In this document: positions 6,766 through 8,708 of the stretch, piece after piece
Position numbering within the stretch: the first letter of the stretch is position 1
Layout of the letters: the number at the start of each line of letters is the position of its first letter
From: a virus
Taxonomy: Duplodnaviria; Heunggongvirae; Uroviricota; Caudoviricetes
Virus record (IMG/VR): IMGVR_UViG_2703719347_000003
Length of the DNA stretch: 8,708 nucleotides
Strand: one strand, 5' to 3'
The notes under the pieces: model-generated
Told to the model about the DNA's origin: nothing
Database searches by the model: none
What the model saw: only the letters and a program-made list of their open reading frames with translations
Program-made: the position numbers and the translations under genes

Positions 6766-7245
6766 ATGATGCTCGCGTTAGGTATGTTTGTTTTTATGCG
6801 CCAGACGCTGCCACACCAGACCATGCAGCGTGAATCAGATTATCGCTGGCCGTCAAATTCCCGTATCGGTAAACGGGACGCTTTTCAGTTTCTCGGTGTG
6901 GGTGAGGAAAACATCACGCTTGCCGGTGTGCTTTATCCCGAACTGACCGGCGGCAAGCTGACGATGACCACGCTCAGGCTGATGGCAGAGGAGGGGCGGG
7001 CGTGGCCGTTGCTGGATGGCACCGGCATGATTTACGGCATGTATGTCATCAGCAAGGTGAGTGAAACAGGGAGTATTTTCTTTGCAGACGGCACACCCCG
7101 GAAAATTGATTTTACGCTGTCGCTCACCCGCGTTGATGAATCACTGGCCGCGCTTTATGGCGATATCGGTAAACAGGCGGAGTCGCTCATCGGTAAGGCC
7201 GGCAGTATGGCGACCAGATTCACAGGTATGACGGGGGCGGGATAA
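6766..7245 (+). CDS. U: Tail protein U (P2 gpU family; tail/baseplate assembly)
   Basis: 159-aa ORF with AAGGAGGTGA RBS at 6750-6759. Its stop overlaps the D start as TAATG. Confidence 0.88.
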   Translation: MMLALGMFVFMRQTLPHQTMQRESDYRWPSNSRIGKRDAFQFLGVGEENITLAGVLYPELTGGKLTMTTLRLMAEEGRAWPLLDGTGMIYGMYVISKVSETGSIFFADGTPRKIDFTLSLTRVDESLAALYGDIGKQAESLIGKAGSMATRFTGMTGAG

Positions 7246-8408
7246 TGCTGGATGCGCTGACATTTGATGCAGGCAGCACGCTGACGCCGGATTACATGCT
7301 GATGCTCGACAGCAGGGATATTACCGGCAATATCAGCGACCGTCTGATGAGTATGACCCTGACGGATAACCGGGGCTTTGAGGCTGACCAGCTTGATATT
7401 GAACTGAACGATGCCGACGGGCAGGTCGGGCTGCCGGTTCGTGGCGCTGTCCTGACGGTGTATATCGGCTGGAAAGGTTTTGCCCTGGTATGCAAAGGGA
7501 AATTTACCGTTGATGAGGTTGAACACCGGGGCGCGCCGGATGTGGTCACCATCCGCGCCCGGAGTGCAGATTTTCGCGGGACGCTCAATTCCCGCCGGGA
7601 AGGCTCCTGGCATGACACCACACTCGGTGCGATTGTTGAGGCGATAGCCTCCCGTAACAAGCTGGAGGCCAGTGTCGCTCCGTCACTGGCCGGAATAAAA
7701 ATTCCACACATCGACCAGTCGCAGGAGTCTGATGCGAAATTCCTGACCCGTCTTGCTGAACGCAACGGCGGTGAGGTGTCGGTAAAAATGGGAAAACTGT
7801 TGTTTCTTAAGGCGGGGCAGGGGGTGACGGCCAGCGGTAAAAAAATCCCGCAGATTACCATCACCCGCAGCGACGGCGACCGTCATCATTTTGCGATTGC
7901 TGACCGTGGAGCTTACACCGGCGTAACGGCAAAGTGGTTACACACCAAAGACCCGAAGCCGCAAAAGCAGAAGGTAAAACTGAAACGCAAAAAGAAAGAA
8001 AAACACCTGCGCGCACTGGAGCACCCGAAAGCGAAACCGGTCACGCAGAAGAAAGCGCCAAAAGTACCGGAAGCGCGCGAAGGTGAATACATGGCCGGTG
8101 AAGCTGACAACGTTTTTGCCCTGACTACGGTATATGCCACGAAAGCACAGGCCATGCGCGCCGCTCAGGCGAAGTGGGATAAACTGCAACGGGGCGTTGC
8201 GGAGTTCTCCATCAGCCTTGCCACTGGTCGTGCTGATATTTACACGGAAACACCGGTCAGAGTGTCAGGCTTTAAGCGCGTCATAGACGAGCAGGACTGG
8301 ACAATCACTAAGGTGACACATTTTCTGAATAATAGCGGCTTCACGACGTCCTTAGAGCTTGAGGTCAGGCTTTCTGATGTGGAGTACGAAACAGAAGATG
8401 ATGAGTAA
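7245..8408 (+). CDS. D: Tail protein D (P2 late control gene D family; probable baseplate hub)
   Basis: 387-aa ORF translationally coupled to U. Position and size match P2 D. Contains an internal lysine-rich segment (about 7947-8087). Confidence 0.9.
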   Translation: MLDALTFDAGSTLTPDYMLMLDSRDITGNISDRLMSMTLTDNRGFEADQLDIELNDADGQVGLPVRGAVLTVYIGWKGFALVCKGKFTVDEVEHRGAPDVVTIRARSADFRGTLNSRREGSWHDTTLGAIVEAIASRNKLEASVAPSLAGIKIPHIDQSQESDAKFLTRLAERNGGEVSVKMGKLLFLKAGQGVTASGKKIPQITITRSDGDRHHFAIADRGAYTGVTAKWLHTKDPKPQKQKVKLKRKKKEKHLRALEHPKAKPVTQKKAPKVPEAREGEYMAGEADNVFALTTVYATKAQAMRAAQAKWDKLQRGVAEFSISLATGRADIYTETPVRVSGFKRVIDEQDWTITKVTHFLNNSGFTTSLELEVRLSDVEYETEDDE

Positions 8409-8489
8409 TGTTTTTATTTTATCTGTTTGTTTTATAAGGATAAATTAATTAAAATGGCACCATCAACAAAACCGGAAGAGGTGCTCGCG
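8409..8489 (+). promoter_or_regulatory. AT-rich intergenic region, probable ogr promoter and 5' UTR
   Basis: A short, strongly AT-rich stretch (TGTTTTTATTTTATCTGTTTGTTTTATAAGGATAAATTAATTAAAATGG) between the D stop and the ogr ATG. P2 ogr is known to have its own promoter. The exact -35/-10 elements cannot be fixed by eye. Confidence 0.35.
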
Positions 8490-8708
8490 ATGTTTCATTG
8501 TCCTTTATGCCAGCATGCCGCACATGCGCGTACAAGCCGCTATATCACTGACACGACAAAAGAGCGTTATCACCAGTGTCAGAACGTGAATTGCAGCGCC
8601 ACGTTCATCACTTATGAGTCGGTACAGCGATACATCGTGAAGCCGGGAGAAGTCCATGCCGTGAGGCCGCACCCGTTGCCGTCAGGGCAGCAAATTATGT
8701 GGATGTAA
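8490..8708 (+). CDS. ogr: Ogr, zinc-finger transcriptional activator of P2 late promoters
   Basis: 72-aa product MFHCPLCQHAAHARTSRYITDTTKERYHQCQNVNCSATF... with the CxxC...CxxxxC zinc-binding arrangement. Sits directly after D as in P2. The ORF-track start at 8427 is a TTG in the AT-rich leader and is probably not used. Confidence 0.88.
   Translation: MFHCPLCQHAAHARTSRYITDTTKERYHQCQNVNCSATFITYESVQRYIVKPGEVHAVRPHPLPSGQQIMWM

Larger units (their letters stand above)
1..8708 (+). mobile_element. Segment of a P2-like temperate phage/prophage: tail fibre inversion cassette plus tail morphogenesis operon and ogr
   Basis: Collinear P2 order sheath-tube-E/E'-tape measure-U-D-ogr, preceded by tail fibre assembly genes and a DNA invertase. 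Protein lengths match P2 as recalled. Genes are tightly packed with overlapping stop/start codons. Confidence 0.85.

Noticed and set aside
7155-8189. Antisense ORFs across U and D (7155-7613, 7292-7864, 7683-7889, 7913-8155, 7938-8189, all on -)
   Set aside because: Shadows of the U and D genes. The two rightmost are phenylalanine- and leucine-rich only because they are the reverse complement of the lysine-rich tract in D.
2106-8408. Interpreting the sheath-tube-tape measure-hub cluster as a tailocin (R-type bacteriocin) or other contractile injection system rather than a phage tail
   Set aside because: An ogr late activator, a tail-fibre inversion switch with invertase, and exact P2 synteny and sizes argue for a true P2-like phage. 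Capsid, lysis and integrase genes lie outside the window, so a domesticated derivative cannot be fully excluded.
8427-8489. N-terminal extension of ogr from the TTG at 8427 (93-aa model)
   Set aside because: It starts at a non-ATG codon inside an AT-rich probable promoter and leader, and the product from ATG 8490 is already a complete 72-aa Ogr-type protein.
1-8708. Search for CRISPR arrays, tRNA or rRNA genes, insertion sequences, or toxin-antitoxin or defence-system cargo
   Set aside because: No regularly spaced direct repeats, no tRNA-like structures and no transposase-like ORFs were seen. Every sizeable ORF is accounted for by a tail or inversion-cassette gene, and intergenic space is minimal apart from 3828-3883 and 8409-8489.

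Overview
The window is the tail-gene module of a P2-like (Peduovirus-type) temperate phage or prophage from an enterobacterial host. From left to right it holds: the right part of a tail-fibre host-range inversion cassette (a 5'-truncated tail fibre assembly gene on +, and a second tail fibre assembly gene plus a promoterless alternative tail-fibre C-terminal segment on -); a 26-bp Hin/Gin/Cin/Pin-type crossover site; a serine DNA invertase gene; then the P2 order FI (sheath), FII (tube), E and E+E' (chaperone pair made by a -1 frameshift), T (tape measure), U, D and ogr (zinc-finger late activator). Gene order and sizes (FI 396 aa, FII 172 aa, E 91 aa, E+E' 142 aa by my count, T 815 aa, U 159 aa, D 387 aa, Ogr 72 aa) match P2 as I remember it. 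All calls rest on reading the translations and the DNA by eye; no database search was run. I see no rRNA, tRNA, CRISPR array, or obvious defence or toxin cargo. The most distinctive element is the inversion cassette, which sits where P2 itself carries the Z/fun accessory locus between G and FI. I did not find a previously undescribed system here; the remaining long ORFs are antisense or out-of-frame shadows of the tail genes.
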